Source of the DNA: a virus
Reading direction: 5' to 3' (one strand)
Virus record (IMG/VR): IMGVR_UViG_3300023179_000089
Location: 1-64,000 of that record
DNA: 64,000 nt
How positions within the stretch are numbered: position 1 is the first letter of the stretch; the number at the start of each line of letters is the position of its first letter. Positions 9,692-18,399 of the stretch are shown here, piece after piece. The position numbers were made by a program, and so were the translations under genes. The notes under the pieces are model-generated. The model was not told the DNA's origin. It was given only the letters and a program-made list of their open reading frames with translations, and ran no database searches.

Positions 9692-10402
9692 ATGAAATTT
9701 AATACACTAAGCTCTTCATTTTTTATTTTTGCTGTAATATTAGTAGCAGCTGTAATAATACTTAAATTTTGGTCTGGACCAGTATCATACGTAAAAGATG
9801 CTGAATTTTACAATGCAATACGAAAGCAACAATTAGTTATCGACAGCTCAAAACGAAAAGTTGATAGTTTAAACAAAGTAGAATCAAATTTGCGAATTCA
9901 GTTAAACCAAATAAACACTAAACTACAAAAAGACAGCATAAAAATTTTAAACTTAAAACTTAAATTAAATGAAACACATTCTAACATCGACACTTTTAGT
10001 TCTCGCGACGTTGTTGACTATTTCATAAACGTTACGGCGCAAACTAAAGAAGACTCTATAACTTGCGTTCCTACATATCAACTCAAATCGGCAATTAAAG
10101 ATTTAGAATCATTCGACGTATGTAAAACTGAAAACGATTACTTAACTGAGCGAGTAACTACATTACAACATCAGGTTACACTCGCAACTTCAATAATAGA
10201 AGTAAAAGATTCAAAAGAGTCTGAGTTGAATTTGCAAATTCGATCATATGAAATTTCTCAGGATTTATTCACAAAGCGAGTAGACGAGTTAAACAAGCAA
10301 ATTCGTAAACTTCAATTAAAAAATAAAGCTCTAATTTTAGGATCTTCGACATTTGCGATTGCAGCTATTACATTATTTACCACGTCATTTTTAATAAAAT
10401 AG
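9692..10402 (+). CDS. membrane coiled-coil protein, spanin-like; probably two overlapping genes fused by a 1-nt deletion
   Basis: TM at both ends; internal out-of-frame signal peptide from ATG 9969 (see findings). Confidence 0.55.
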   Translation: MKFNTLSSSFFIFAVILVAAVIILKFWSGPVSYVKDAEFYNAIRKQQLVIDSSKRKVDSLNKVESNLRIQLNQINTKLQKDSIKILNLKLKLNETHSNIDTFSSRDVVDYFINVTAQTKEDSITCVPTYQLKSAIKDLESFDVCKTENDYLTERVTTLQHQVTLATSIIEVKDSKESELNLQIRSYEISQDLFTKRVDELNKQIRKLQLKNKALILGSSTFAIAAITLFTTSFLIK

Positions 10403-10415
10403 TAAATTAACTGAA

Positions 10416-11015
10416 ATGAATTTAACTTTTACAGAAACATTCGCAAAGTCCTTGAAAAAAGTATATTGGCAAAATACTTGGTTATATAAGGTATATTCTT
10501 TTTTGAGATATGACTTACCTAGATTTTTTAAAAACATTTGGAAATTCAGAAAAGCTCTTTACAACCACTATTGGTTTGATCATCACGGAACTCTTATGTT
10601 TATAGAGATAGGTCTTACGGATATTGCCGACAACGTCGAAAAATATGGTATTGAAGTGGATAGTTCTAGATTGAAAAAAGTTGAAAAAATGCGTAGAGCA
10701 GCACAACTCATCAAGAATTACAATGAAGATTTATACATTGAAATGGCCGAAGCTGAGTTAGGAGAAATTATACTTCGTGGGTTTAAATTTGTTCCATTTG
10801 AAGACAAAAAAGATTTGTTTGAATGGGTTGATGATTTATCGAGTGAAGAAAAAGAACATAACAATAAAGTATATGCTCGAGCTAGAGAAGTTGGAGAGCA
10901 AGAGTGGAAAGAATTGTTTTCTATTTTAGAAGGTCAAGACTATACTAAATTTGATAAAGACAAAGACTTTGATGAACAGTTTGATGGTTCAGGTCTTCGT
11001 GGATGGTGGGATTAA
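10416..11015 (+). CDS. hypothetical protein
   Basis: 199 aa ending GWWD. Confidence 0.75.
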   Translation: MNLTFTETFAKSLKKVYWQNTWLYKVYSFLRYDLPRFFKNIWKFRKALYNHYWFDHHGTLMFIEIGLTDIADNVEKYGIEVDSSRLKKVEKMRRAAQLIKNYNEDLYIEMAEAELGEIILRGFKFVPFEDKKDLFEWVDDLSSEEKEHNNKVYARAREVGEQEWKELFSILEGQDYTKFDKDKDFDEQFDGSGLRGWWD

Positions 11016-11026
11016 ATATTAACAAA

Positions 11027-11314
11027 ATGATAAAATGGATATATAAACCTTCAGGAGCATGTCCAGTGCAAGCCGAAGGTTATTTTTTAGGACATTACTT
11101 TTACTTTAGAAGTAGATGGTCGGTAGCAAGAATAGAATTTGCTAAAACTGAAGAATGTTGGAAGAAAGACAATTTAACAGCTAGTTTTGACTTATATCAT
11201 ACCAAAGATACATTTGCTGCTGGTTGGTTAAGTGAAAGATTTTGTACTAAATTAATTTATAAAGGCTGTTTAAAGTTTTCTTGGTTTATTTTAAAAAGAT
11301 TGGTGATTAAATAG
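11027..11314 (+). CDS. hypothetical protein
   Basis: GACPVQAEG...YFRSR; start moved to the A-rich ATG. Confidence 0.65.
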   Translation: MIKWIYKPSGACPVQAEGYFLGHYFYFRSRWSVARIEFAKTEECWKKDNLTASFDLYHTKDTFAAGWLSERFCTKLIYKGCLKFSWFILKRLVIK

Positions 11315-11333
11315 TCATCTAGTATTACTCGTA

Positions 11334-11356
11334 AAAAGCCTCATTCAGAGGCTTTT
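11334..11356 (+). terminator. intrinsic terminator (bidirectional-type hairpin)
   Basis: AAAAGCCTC-ATTCA-GAGGCTTTT. Confidence 0.75.
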
Positions 11357-11367
11357 CTACTGTTAAA

Positions 11368-11375
11368 ATATTTAT
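11368..11375 (+). promoter_or_regulatory. late-type promoter motif ATATTTAT upstream of the histidine kinase
   Basis: same octamer precedes genes at 4820, 5951, 8027, 14216, 40571, 40941, 51183, 55408 and 61917. Confidence 0.6.
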
Positions 11376-11416
11376 ATCAAAGGTTTCGTACCATTTAACG
11401 TATAATTGTTGTATGT

Positions 11417-13084
11417 ATGAATTCCTTCGATCCAAAAATTTCAGATCTTAACCAAAAAATTTCAGATCTTAACCAAAATATGTTAATACAACATGATTTA
11501 GATCATATACAAGACCTCAAATACATTCAATCGCTAAATCAAGTTTTAGTAGAGCAATCGCGCAATAATTTATTTTTTCAAGGAAAAGTTTCAGAAGGAG
11601 CAAAAGTTTTAACCAAACAAGTTGCTAATATTGTCAATACCGACAGATGTTCTTTTTGGTTATTTAACTTAGATAGAACGTCGATAAAATGCGAACAATT
11701 GTATATTAAAGCTGACAACGAATGGTATCAAGGCTTTGAGTTGTACAAAAAAGATTATGAACCGTATTTTAATGCATTAAATGAAAATCCAATCATAGTA
11801 GCTGATATTGTAGAAACGCATTACGCCACGTCTTGTTTTACAGAATCATATCTTAATTTGTATGGAATTAAATCAATGCTTGACGTTCCAATTTTCTATC
11901 AAGCAAATTTAATTGGCGTTATTTGTGTAGAAAGTTTGACATATAGAAAGTGGAGCAGCTTTGAAATTGACTTTTTACAAATTTTATCTTCGTTTTTTTC
12001 ATTTGCATATTCAGTTAAAGAACAAACTAAAGAATGGAAATATGGATTTTTTGATCAGGTTAAAAAAATAAATGAATTTGAAAAATTTGCAGATGAGTCG
12101 ACAATTATTACCAAAGCAGATGCCAATGGTAAAATTACTTACGTTAACCGAAAGTTTACGGAAGTTTCAGAATATGAACTAGACGAAGTAGTTGGAAAAG
12201 ATCATAACATTGTTAATTCCGGAATACATCCAAAAGAGCTATGGACTGATATGTATAAAACAGTTATAAAAGAAAGAAAAATTTGGAATTCAATCATTAC
12301 TAATAAAACAAAAAGTGGTAAGTTGTATTATGTAGATACGTTTATCAAAGCTGAATTTGAAAATGAACAATTAACTGGGTTTATTTCCATGCGCCAAGAC
12401 GTAACTAAAATTTACGAAACGTTAAATGCTATTGATGAAAAGAATGTATATTTAGAACACGCAGCTAAAATACTTCGTCATGATATGCATTCCGGAATAA
12501 ATACATACATTCCTAGAGGGTTTTCTTCTTTAGAGCGAAGACTGACTCCTGAGGTAATAGAACAACTCAAAATAGAGTCTCCGTTAAAAATGATTCGAGA
12601 AGGATTGAAGCATACACAAAAAGTTTATAAAGGTGTGTATGAGTTTACTAATTTAGTGAAACCAGATTCTAAATTAACTAAAATAAATGTTGATTTAAAA
12701 GAAATTTTAACAAGTTATTTACGCTCTACTTCATACTCAAGCCAAGTAATAATAGATACACTCGGCCGTGCGGATGTAAATGAATCATTATTTTGTACTG
12801 CCGTTGATAATTTAATTCGAAATGGTTTGAAATATAATGATTCTGAAACTAAATTTGTTCGTATATTTATAGATGAAGATGTACTCTGTATACAAGACAA
12901 CGGTCGAGGTATGACACAAATGGAATTTGAGAAGTTATCTCAGCCGTATGTAAGAAAAGAAAATCAAAAAGAAACGGGATCAGGATTAGGATTAAATATT
13001 TGCATCGCAATTTTAAAAGAGCATGGATTTTCTATATCCTGTGAACGTCTTAATAATGGAACTAAAATAAAAATAAAAATTTAA
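11417..13084 (+). CDS. soluble sensor histidine kinase (GAF-PAS/PAC-HisKA-HATPase)
   Basis: GAF (GIKSMLDVPI...GVICVE), PAS (ITYVN...NSG...KSGKLYYV), H-box LRHDMH, N-box DNLIRNGLKY, G1 QDNGRGM, G2 GSGLGL. Confidence 0.92.
   Translation: MNSFDPKISDLNQKISDLNQNMLIQHDLDHIQDLKYIQSLNQVLVEQSRNNLFFQGKVSEGAKVLTKQVANIVNTDRCSFWLFNLDRTSIKCEQLYIKADNEWYQGFELYKKDYEPYFNALNENPIIVADIVETHYATSCFTESYLNLYGIKSMLDVPIFYQANLIGVICVESLTYRKWSSFEIDFLQILSSFFSFAYSVKEQTKEWKYGFFDQVKKINEFEKFADESTIITKADANGKITYVNRKFTEVSEYELDEVVGKDHNIVNSGIHPKELWTDMYKTVIKERKIWNSIITNKTKSGKLYYVDTFIKAEFENEQLTGFISMRQDVTKIYETLNAIDEKNVYLEHAAKILRHDMHSGINTYIPRGFSSLERRLTPEVIEQLKIESPLKMIREGLKHTQKVYKGVYEFTNLVKPDSKLTKINVDLKEILTSYLRSTSYSSQVIIDTLGRADVNESLFCTAVDNLIRNGLKYNDSETKFVRIFIDEDVLCIQDNGRGMTQMEFEKLSQPYVRKENQKETGSGLGLNICIAILKEHGFSISCERLNNGTKIKIKI
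11435..11476 (+). repeat. in-frame 21-bp tandem duplication (KISDLNQ x2)
   Basis: AAAATTTCAGATCTTAACCAA twice. Confidence 0.9.
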
Positions 13085-13096
13085 AAAAAAACAAAA

Positions 13097-13534
13097 ATGA
13101 TAAACTCGCTTATGTTAGTAGACGATGAAGATTTATTTCATCTAGTGTTTGAAGATGCATGCTCACTTTTAGATATCAGCTTATCGCTGAAATCGCTAAA
13201 TAGTGCAGACGAAGCTGAAAAGTTATTTAAAAAATGGTTTCATGAAGGGGATACTAAGCATAGACCAGAATGCGTGTTTGTCGACTTAAATATCATTGGG
13301 TCATCTTTTGATGGTATTGAATTGATAAGAAAAATTAATTTTGAGTATGGCAATCATGTAATTATCGGAATAATTTCTTCATCGAATGAACCGGCAGAAC
13401 AAACTAAAGCTTTACAAGCCGGGGCGCAGTTTTGGATTATAAAATCAGATGACATTGAACCAAGACTTGAAGATTTCAAAAAAGACTATGAAAATTACAA
13501 AAATAGAACAGCGCCATTTAAAGTTTATAAATAA
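13097..13534 (+). CDS. single-domain response regulator (REC)
   Basis: LVDDE acidic pocket, FVDL phospho-acceptor Asp, ISSS, IIK. Confidence 0.9.
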   Translation: MINSLMLVDDEDLFHLVFEDACSLLDISLSLKSLNSADEAEKLFKKWFHEGDTKHRPECVFVDLNIIGSSFDGIELIRKINFEYGNHVIIGIISSSNEPAEQTKALQAGAQFWIIKSDDIEPRLEDFKKDYENYKNRTAPFKVYK

Positions 13535-14214
13535 TGTTACGAATACATGATAAATTAAAAAAAGAGTTAATCGCTTTACTCGATGAAAAAAATATTGCTT
13601 TAGAAGGTAATATTGTAAAAATGATCGATGCAGAGGATGACAAAGACTTTCAAGATTATATTGCAATTTGTTTAGAAAAGGATCGAGAATCTAGAAAAAA
13701 GCGTCTTGATATAACAAGACAGGTGCAAATTCAAAATAAAGAGCTAACAGCTCTTAACGAGCAAAACACCAAAATAATGCAGGAGTTGCAGCAAACTCTT
13801 GAAGATATGGAAACTTCAAAAACTCATATCGAATTACAAAACAGAGAGCTTATTGCGTGGAAGCAAGACAACGAGCGAATGTCAATAGAATTGAGAGATG
13901 AAATGATAAAGTCTGAAACTGCGAGAATAGAGGCTGAAAATGCTAAAAAAGCAGCAGAATCTGACTTAGATCTACTTCAAAAGAAAACTCAAACTGAATT
14001 AATTGGTAAAATAGTTACGATTGCTCTTTATGTAATAATCGGGGTTGGAATTTCTACGACCTTAATGTATGTATTTTCCATGATAACAAATAAAGATACT
14101 CAAATGATAGGATCTACATGGTCTAATATGTTTGGAATACTATTAACAAACGCATTTAGTATTATAGGAACAATAATGGGTGTTAAATATGCATCTGAAA
14201 AAAAGGAAGAGTAG
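13534..14214 (+). CDS. coiled-coil protein with two C-terminal TM helices, in the two-component operon
   Basis: heptad-rich middle, hydrophobic C-terminus; overlaps the regulator stop codon. Confidence 0.75.
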   Translation: MLRIHDKLKKELIALLDEKNIALEGNIVKMIDAEDDKDFQDYIAICLEKDRESRKKRLDITRQVQIQNKELTALNEQNTKIMQELQQTLEDMETSKTHIELQNRELIAWKQDNERMSIELRDEMIKSETARIEAENAKKAAESDLDLLQKKTQTELIGKIVTIALYVIIGVGISTTLMYVFSMITNKDTQMIGSTWSNMFGILLTNAFSIIGTIMGVKYASEKKEE

Positions 14215-14235
14215 AATATTTATATTAAATAAATT

Positions 14236-14520
14236 ATGAGTCAAAAGTACTTTTTCGGGTGGTCAAACTTAAAATGGGGCATAAAAGAACTTATTAATAT
14301 TTACAGCAATAAAGACTCGTACTTTTCAAAAAAGCGAATTGAATCAGGTGCTGCATTTGCAATAGCTCAGTTTGGAATGATTGCATATTTTATAACTCAC
14401 TTACATACACTAAACGTTTCCGATGTATTGCTTTGGTCAGCTGCTGAATTTGCAATTGCCGGATATGTAGTATCACAAATTCAAAAAGAAAAACAACAAA
14501 ATGAAACTTCAGGAACTTAA
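14236..14520 (+). CDS. small membrane protein (holin-like)
   Basis: SKKRIES followed by two hydrophobic segments; late motif upstream. Confidence 0.55.
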   Translation: MSQKYFFGWSNLKWGIKELINIYSNKDSYFSKKRIESGAAFAIAQFGMIAYFITHLHTLNVSDVLLWSAAEFAIAGYVVSQIQKEKQQNETSGT

Positions 14521-14842
14521 ACAAATCATACGAAAAGAGATATTAAGTGTAATAAACGAAGCTCCTCAAGAATTCGGAGCGTTTCGTCGATTAGTAATTA
14601 CTACTTCCCAACCTGATGCAGTAAAAAAAGAAATCGATCGTTTTATGAAACAGCCTAACATCAAAGCTGATTATAAAATGAATAAATTTACTGTAAAAGA
14701 TGGTGCAAAAGCTGGAGTAATCGTAGTAGATATGGAAGGACAATCTGCTACAGGATTAAGTTTAAAGATGCAAGATGCTATTAAACGTGTCGACCGTAAT
14801 GCAGATGTCAAGGAGCGTAAAGAAATTAAATTAACTAAATAA
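14501..14842 (+). CDS. IIRxEI-leader protein (putative head cargo)
   Basis: MKLQELKQIIRKEILSVINE. Confidence 0.7.
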   Translation: MKLQELKQIIRKEILSVINEAPQEFGAFRRLVITTSQPDAVKKEIDRFMKQPNIKADYKMNKFTVKDGAKAGVIVVDMEGQSATGLSLKMQDAIKRVDRNADVKERKEIKLTK

Positions 14843-14864
14843 TTCTTACATAATCTATAAAAAG

Positions 14865-14887
14865 AAGCCCGTAGTACGGGCTTTTTT
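14865..14887 (+). terminator. intrinsic terminator
   Basis: AAGCCCGT-AGT-ACGGGCTT then T-run. Confidence 0.8.
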
Positions 14888-14920
14888 CATGTGCAAATAA
14901 TTATTTAAAATAGGTTTATA

Positions 14921-15646
14921 ATGAAAGGAAATAAATCTGGAAAAGGCGTATTCGGTCAATATAAAGGATACCAACTAATGGAAAGCCAGATTCGTTATGC
15001 GATGAGCAATACTACTTCAAATGCAGAAGCGGCAAAATGGCTACATGTATCATTTTCTACATGGAAGAAATATGCAAAACGATATATCGACTCGGAAACG
15101 GGTAAAACGCTATTTCAGCTACACAAAGAGACTGGGTTTGCACAAAGATTAGTGCTACCAAAAACAAAATACAGAAGAAAAGCTTCTTCGCCATGGGCAT
15201 TTCAGCCTCTTCCAATGGCCGACATCTTTGCAAACAAACATTTAAGATACTGTATTAGTCGATTCAAAGATCGTTTAGTAAAAGAAGGGTGGAAGGAAGA
15301 GCGATGCGAAATATGCGGATATCAAGATCGAAGAGTTTCAGATTATGAAGTACCGCTGCGAATTAATTGGCTCGACGATAATAAACGTAATTATTCTTTG
15401 GAAAATATTCAGTTAATCTGCCACAACTGTTATTTCATACATGTAGGAAACTTAAACGGCGGTAAATCAAAACAATTTAAAATTGACGAAGTTACCGGTG
15501 AAGTAGTACCTGCAGTTCCAGATCGAAAAACAATACGAGACCAAACTGTACCTCTCGGTCCTTATTTCAAACCTAGAACTTATGGTCAGCCTCTGCCGGA
15601 GTCTCTGGTGAAGAATCTAAAGTCAGATCCGAACCAAGATCATTAA
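14921..15646 (+). CDS. HTH plus degenerate HNH-like zinc-finger protein
   Basis: AAKWLHVSFSTWKKY (HTH); CEIC...NYSLENIQLICHNC; first HNH His absent. Confidence 0.65.
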   Translation: MKGNKSGKGVFGQYKGYQLMESQIRYAMSNTTSNAEAAKWLHVSFSTWKKYAKRYIDSETGKTLFQLHKETGFAQRLVLPKTKYRRKASSPWAFQPLPMADIFANKHLRYCISRFKDRLVKEGWKEERCEICGYQDRRVSDYEVPLRINWLDDNKRNYSLENIQLICHNCYFIHVGNLNGGKSKQFKIDEVTGEVVPAVPDRKTIRDQTVPLGPYFKPRTYGQPLPESLVKNLKSDPNQDH

Positions 15647-15749
15647 TCTTTGTCATCAGCCATTGTTGGTATTCATAATCAGAATCAATATACGATTCTA
15701 CATACACTTCTTCATCAGAAGCCGCTAATTGTCTTTTAATTAAACTCAT
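15573..15749 (-). CDS. acidic 58-aa protein, only supported minus-strand gene (not in ORF track)
   Basis: MSLIKRQLAASDEEVYVESYIDSDYEYQQW...; own TTTG-N20-TACATTTA promoter on the minus strand at 15753-15784. Confidence 0.55.
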   Translation of the reverse strand: MSLIKRQLAASDEEVYVESYIDSDYEYQQWLMTKINDLGSDLTLDSSPETPAEADHKF

Positions 15750-15806
15750 ACTTAAATGTAAGTAATTCTTTTGTAATTTACAAATTTATTTTGAATATTT
15801 TAATCA

Positions 15807-15912
15807 ATTGATTATTAATCGATTACGCAACTAATTGATAATTAATGTATTAAAATTGCCAAAAAATTTGGTGCGTGTAGATGAATTACTTATTTTTATG
15901 TATAGTAATTAA
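15807..15912 (+). promoter_or_regulatory. early promoter cassette copy 1
   Basis: ATTGA boxes, GATTACGCAAC, CCAAA-TTTGG, CTTATTTTTATGTATAGTAATTAA. Confidence 0.8.
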
Positions 15913-15919
15913 TTAATCA

Positions 15920-16210
15920 ATGAAAGAAAGTACCCAAAACCAGGCAATGACAAATTTAGTTTACAATGCAGTTGAATGTTTTATTTCAAGTGCGTATTTA
16001 TATGAACGTCGTGACACGGAATTTGAGATAGATCAAAGATGGCATAATGCATACGCTGCTGAATGTGAATTGTATGCGCATTTACGTGCGATGTCTGAAT
16101 CGGAAAAAGAAACTTATACTAAGTTTGTTAATTGGCTTGAATACAGTCAATTGTATAAATCGGATTTGACAGTAAACAAACTTTATTCCGTATTTAAATC
16201 TATTAAATAA
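15920..16210 (+). CDS. hypothetical protein
   Basis: directly after the promoter cassette. Confidence 0.7.
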   Translation: MKESTQNQAMTNLVYNAVECFISSAYLYERRDTEFEIDQRWHNAYAAECELYAHLRAMSESEKETYTKFVNWLEYSQLYKSDLTVNKLYSVFKSIK

Positions 16211-16225
16211 TAAAACCGATTCGAA

Positions 16226-16438
16226 ATGACAACAGTAGATAAAAAATCCAACAAAATACCTCAAGGAGCATTTTCAGAAATGATGTCTGCTTTTGTTTAT
16301 TTTGACAAAGTAGATGAAGGATGCGGGTACGATAGATTAAATGCTAAAATGCGAATAATACAAATGAATTATGACCTAACCGATAATGAGTTAGGTATAG
16401 TCGAAAAATGGGCTTATGAAAAGTATTACAAAAACTAG
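16226..16438 (+). CDS. hypothetical protein
   Basis: ORF in operon. Confidence 0.6.
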   Translation: MTTVDKKSNKIPQGAFSEMMSAFVYFDKVDEGCGYDRLNAKMRIIQMNYDLTDNELGIVEKWAYEKYYKN

Positions 16439-16507
16439 AGCTGGAAACGCAAAAGAGCAAATTATCAATTTAAAGGCAAAAGTAAATAATAAAACCGAGA
16501 TAAAATC

Positions 16508-16897
16508 ATGAAAATTTTCTTAGACGATGTAAGAATACCAAGCGATTGTATTGGATATATGTATACTAGAATTGGATCATTGAATCCGATTTATTTAGAA
16601 AATTGGACTATTGTAAGAAATTACAATGAATTCGTAGATGTTGTAACAAATAACATTACGGAAATCACGCATATTTCTTTCGACCACGATTTAGCAGATG
16701 AGCATTACGATCCTGCAATGTATCATGGCACGGAAAAGTATATGGAGTTAGCTGGAAAGTTTAAAGAAAAAACTGGGCTAGATTGCGCGATATGGTTAAA
16801 CGAATTTTATTTATCAGCTGGTAAATCTTTGCCGATCATGTTTGTTCATTCAATGAATCCTGTCGGAACTAAAAATATAATAGACGTTTTTAAATAA
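16508..16897 (+). CDS. cyclic-phosphate-processing receiver-like domain protein
   Basis: KIFLDDVR, ISFDHDL, TGLDCA, VHSMNPVG motifs. Confidence 0.75.
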   Translation: MKIFLDDVRIPSDCIGYMYTRIGSLNPIYLENWTIVRNYNEFVDVVTNNITEITHISFDHDLADEHYDPAMYHGTEKYMELAGKFKEKTGLDCAIWLNEFYLSAGKSLPIMFVHSMNPVGTKNIIDVFK

Positions 16898-16898
16898 A

Positions 16899-17081
16899 AT
16901 GAAAATAGTAGTAAAAAGAAACGAACAACAACCTGAAGTTACAATTGACTTAAAAGATGTGCATTATCCTTATGCTATTAGAGATGCAATTCAATTAGCA
17001 TTAGAAATTGATGGTTTTACAAAAGAAACTATTGCAGAGGTGTTTAATCAAATGCCCGATGCTAAATGTGAGGCATCATAG
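16899..17081 (+). CDS. hypothetical protein (upstream of attC-like site)
   Basis: 60-aa ORF. Confidence 0.6.
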   Translation: MKIVVKRNEQQPEVTIDLKDVHYPYAIRDAIQLALEIDGFTKETIAEVFNQMPDAKCEAS

Positions 17082-17087
17082 CATTGC

Positions 17088-17184
17088 ACCTAACGATTGG
17101 GTATATATGCAGTACCCAATGCAGAAACTTTAAAATTAAATATAAACCTTAATAGGGTATTGCATATATACCTTGTTATACCAC
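17088..17184 (+). mobile_element. attC-like recombination site
   Basis: ACCTAAC (RYYYAAC) ... 18-bp inverted repeat with one mismatch (17100-17117 / 17155-17172) ... GTTATAC. Confidence 0.65.
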
Positions 17185-17192
17185 GTAAACTT

Positions 17193-17513
17193 ATGAAAAG
17201 AAATATAAGCGAAACCCCCGAAAGATGGGTGATATTAAAACTACCAAACAATTACTATAAAGTTTTTGGAACTTGGGCTGGTGGATATTTAGATGGTGAT
17301 AGATGGAAGTTGAACTCTGGAATAGAAAAAATTGAACAGGATGACGATTACTATTATTTTATTGGATTTAGTGGGAGTTGTTATAAATGTCACAAAAAGG
17401 GATATGGAATATCAACATCCTACGGGCTATTGGTACTGAATAAAATAATAGAACAAGGGAATAGTCAGATTGAACTAATGGAAGATTGTGATGATTGGTC
17501 AACAGTGGTATAA
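17193..17513 (+). CDS. hypothetical cassette-borne protein
   Basis: start at ATG 17193 just after GTTATACCAC; stop lies inside GTGGTATAAC. Confidence 0.75.
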   Translation: MKRNISETPERWVILKLPNNYYKVFGTWAGGYLDGDRWKLNSGIEKIEQDDDYYYFIGFSGSCYKCHKKGYGISTSYGLLVLNKIIEQGNSQIELMEDCDDWSTVV

Positions 17514-17815
17514 CTATTATATATACGCAACCCGATTGGTTAACTAACCGAATCAATACTTCAAATTGAAAACGTATAAAGTGTTGTAAACGCGCGTTTA
17601 TCGTCTATTTTACTAGTAACTAGCAGAAGTGTCGACGCGTAAATGGATGAATATATACTATTACTCTTATTACTTTGGCAGAATAGTATCGGTGTAGTAC
17701 GGTAGGTGTACGTAGGTGTAGAACGGGTAGGATGGATAGGCTAGAAAAGACCCGTTCATACACCGCCTCGAGAAAGTTTTTTGCATATAGACCAGACGCC
17801 GCGAAAGATTTATCA

Positions 17816-17921
17816 ATTGCTACTCAATAGGTTACGTAACCAATTAATTGTCAATGCATTAGATCGATCGATCGATTTGGTTCTTCAACGCAAATCACTT
17901 ATCTTTATGTATAGTAATTAA
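17816..17921 (+). promoter_or_regulatory. early promoter cassette copy 2
   Basis: GGTTACGTAACC palindrome, TTTGG, CTTATCTTTATGTATAGTAATTAA. Confidence 0.8.
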
Positions 17922-17928
17922 TTAAAAA

Positions 17929-18087
17929 ATGACTCGTAAATTGAATTCAGTAGAGCAAGTGTTATTTAAAGCCACTTACAACTTTCATCGCGAATTAGGT
18001 GACTCGGATCAAATAGCTCTGGAAAAAGCTCATCTTAAAATTGCTTCAAAGCGTCGGTTAAGCGCAAGTTGTTCTTTTAAATATTAA
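17929..18087 (+). CDS. hypothetical 52-aa protein (not in ORF track)
   Basis: MTRKLNSVEQ...; directly after the promoter. Confidence 0.65.
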   Translation: MTRKLNSVEQVLFKATYNFHRELGDSDQIALEKAHLKIASKRRLSASCSFKY

Positions 18088-18112
18088 AAAACAATCGCAA
18101 GCTTGCGCTCTT

Positions 18113-18229
18113 GTACGTACAGAACTGAATGATTTTGTTGAGTGTAGTGTACGGCGGTGTACGGGGAATGTACATCAATAGTATTGTCATTCAGGTCGTT
18201 CACGTACGTACAGAACTGAATGATTTTGT
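18113..18229 (+). repeat. 26-bp direct repeat pair with a 65-nt spacer
   Basis: GTACGTACAGAACTGAATGATTTTGT at 18113-18138 and 18204-18229. Confidence 0.9.
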
Positions 18230-18262
18230 GTATAGCTAGGTTGTTTCAGTAAAAACAAGCTC

Positions 18263-18368
18263 CTTGAGTATTAATAGGTTACGTAACCAATTAATTTTCA
18301 ATGAAATAAATTCACCAAATTATTTGGTACATGTAGATGAATTACTTATTTTTATGTATAGTAATTAA
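18263..18368 (+). promoter_or_regulatory. early promoter cassette copy 3 (drives the tRNA-like array)
   Basis: full motif; followed by boxA-like AGTTCATTGAAA rather than an ATG. Confidence 0.8.
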
Positions 18369-18399
18369 TTAATTACTAAAAGTTCATTGAAAGAAATTT

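Noticed and set aside
17097-17192. N-terminal extension of ORF 17097-17513
   Set aside because: It runs through the attC-like hairpin from a TTG; ATG 17193 is the better start.
18113-18229. Mini CRISPR array from the 26-bp repeat pair
   Set aside because: Only two repeats, a 65-nt spacer that is itself repetitive, and no cas genes in the window.
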